Shown here: one piece after another, positions 62,425 through 64,000 of the stretch
Layout of the letters: each line of letters starts with the position of its first letter
Numbering within the stretch: the stretch's first letter is position 1
Origin: Escherichia coli
GTDB taxonomy: Bacteria; Pseudomonadota; Gammaproteobacteria; Enterobacterales; Enterobacteriaceae
Strand: one strand, 5' to 3'
Assembly: GCF_041248615.1 (NCBI RefSeq)
Contig: NZ_CP158426.1
Length of the DNA stretch: 64,000 nucleotides
Position numbers and translations under genes: made by a program
Notes under the pieces: generated by a model
Seen by the model: the letters and a program-made list of their open reading frames with translations, nothing else
Databases searched by the model: none
Told to the model about the DNA's origin: nothing

Positions 62425-63105
62425 ATGATTAACGTACAAAACGTCAGTAAAACCTTCATCCTGCACCAGCAAAACGGCGTGCGCCTGCCCGTCTTACAAC
62501 GTGCCTCGCTCACCGTCAACGCAGGCGAATGCGTGGTGCTTCACGGCCACTCCGGCAGCGGCAAATCAACTCTGCTGCGCTCGCTGTACGCCAACTATCT
62601 GCCCGATGAAGGGCAAATCCAGATCAAACATGGTGAGGAATGGGTAGACCTGGTCACTGCGCCAGCGCGCAAAGTGGTGGAGATCCGCAAAACCACCATC
62701 GGCTGGGTGAGCCAGTTTCTGCGCGTCATCCCGCGTATTTCGGCACTGGAAGTGGTGATGCAGCCTCTGCTCGATACCGGCGTACCGCGTGAAGCTTGCG
62801 CCGCTAAAGCCGCGCGTCTGCTCACCCGCCTGAACGTGCCTGAACGCCTGTGGCACCTGGCACCATCGACCTTCTCCGGCGGCGAACAGCAGCGCGTCAA
62901 CATCGCCCGTGGCTTTATCGTCGACTATCCGATTCTGCTGCTCGACGAACCTACCGCCTCGCTGGACGCTAAAAACAGCGCCGCCGTAGTGGAACTGATC
63001 CGCGAAGCCAAAGCCCGCGGCGCGGCCATCGTCGGTATCTTCCATGACGAAGCCGTACGCAATGACGTCGCCGACCGCCTGCACCCGATGGGAGCCTCTT
63101 CATGA
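62425..63105 (+). CDS. phnL: C-P lyase accessory ATP-binding protein PhnL
   Basis: ORF 62311..63105 reads through the REP; 226-aa protein from ATG 62425 ([24 protein letters not shown]…), Walker [10 protein letters not shown]. Confidence 0.92.
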   Translation: MINVQNVSKTFILHQQNGVRLPVLQRASLTVNAGECVVLHGHSGSGKSTLLRSLYANYLPDEGQIQIKHGEEWVDLVTAPARKVVEIRKTTIGWVSQFLRVIPRISALEVVMQPLLDTGVPREACAAKAARLLTRLNVPERLWHLAPSTFSGGEQQRVNIARGFIVDYPILLLDEPTASLDAKNSAAVVELIREAKARGAAIVGIFHDEAVRNDVADRLHPMGASS

Positions 63106-64000
63106 TTATCAATAACGTCAAACTGGTGCTGGAAAATGAAGTGGTGCACGGTTCACTGGAAGTACAGGATGGCGAAATTCGCGCCTTTGCCGAAAGCCAG
63201 AGCCGCCAGCCAGAAGTGATGGACGGCGAAGGTGGCTGGCTACTACCCGGCCTGATTGAGCTGCATACCGACAACCTCGATAAATTCTTCACCCCGCGCC
63301 CGAAAGTCGACTGGCCCGCCCATTCGGCGATGAGCAGCCACGACGCGCTGATGGTGGCGAGCGGCATCACCACCGTACTGGACGCCGTGGCGATTGGTGA
63401 TGTGCGCGACGGCGGCGATCGGCTGGAGAATCTGGAGAAGATGATCAACGCCATCGAAGAGACGCAGAAACGCGGCGTCAACCGCGCCGAGCACCGCCTG
63501 CATCTGCGCTGCGAACTGCCGCATCACACCACGCTGCCGCTGTTTGAAAAACTGGTGCAACGCGAACCGGTGACGCTGGTATCGCTGATGGACCACTCGC
63601 CGGGCCAGCGCCAGTTCGCCAATCGCGAGAAGTATCGCGAATATTATCAGGGCAAATATTCCCTCACCGATGCGCAGATGCAGCAGTACGAAGAAGAGCA
63701 ATTGGCGCTCGCCGCACGCTGGTCGCAGCCAAATCGCGAAACCATCGCCGCAATGTGTCGCGCGCGGCACATTGCGCTCGCCAGCCACGATGACGCCACG
63801 CACGCCCACGTTGCCGAATCCCACCAGCTTGGTAGCGTGATCGCCGAATTTCCCACCACGTTCGAAGCGGCACAAGCCTCGCGCAAGCATGGCATGAACG
63901 TGCTGATGGGCGCGCCGAATATCGTGCGCGGCGGTTCGCACTCCGGCAACGTGGCGGCCAGTGAACTGGCGCAGCTTGGCCTGCTGGATATCCTCTCTTC
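63102..64000 (+). CDS. phnM: PhnM (amidohydrolase-family ribosyl-triphosphate diphosphohydrolase), 5' portion; continues past the window end
   Basis: ATG at 63102 overlapping phnL stop (ATGA); translation [32 protein letters not shown]… stays open to position 64000; not in ORF track because no stop lies inside the window. Confidence 0.88.
   Translation, partial: MIINNVKLVLENEVVHGSLEVQDGEIRAFAESQSRQPEVMDGEGGWLLPGLIELHTDNLDKFFTPRPKVDWPAHSAMSSHDALMVASGITTVLDAVAIGDVRDGGDRLENLEKMINAIEETQKRGVNRAEHRLHLRCELPHHTTLPLFEKLVQREPVTLVSLMDHSPGQRQFANREKYREYYQGKYSLTDAQMQQYEEEQLALAARWSQPNRETIAAMCRARHIALASHDDATHAHVAESHQLGSVIAEFPTTFEAAQASRKHGMNVLMGAPNIVRGGSHSGNVAASELAQLGLLDILS

Overview
This window is an Escherichia coli chromosomal segment running from the 3' part of ampC to the 5' part of phnM. 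Gene order is collinear with the K-12 reference map, read in reverse orientation: ampC-blc-gdx-ecnBA-efp-epmB-yjeJ-yjeI-groLS-yjeH-fxsA-aspA-dcuA-cutA-dsbD-yjdC-pheU-cadCBA-dtpC-lysU-ghoTS-yjdJI-dcuSR-dcuB-fumB-yjdF-melBA-melR-adiA-adiY-adiC-eptA-basRS-pmrR-proP-yjcZ-crfC-yjdM-yjdN-phnCDEFGHIJKLM. All calls rest on recognising the translated ORFs and reading the sequence directly; no database search was run. I found no multi-gene block of unknown function and no CRISPR array or rRNA, so I do not see a novel system here. The points worth a second look are differences from the K-12 arrangement: (1) a complete 768-bp IS1 with a 9-bp target duplication interrupting yjeJ; (2) a 1258-bp IS3-family (IS911-like) element with a 3-bp target duplication in the yjdI-dcuS divergent promoter region; (3) melB split into two ORFs by a frameshift; (4) an uninterrupted phnE. 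Several small genes missing from the ORF track are also present (ghoT, ecnA, ecnB, pmrR), along with PmrA boxes, the groE sigma-32 promoter, MelR operator repeats and REP/BIME arrays.
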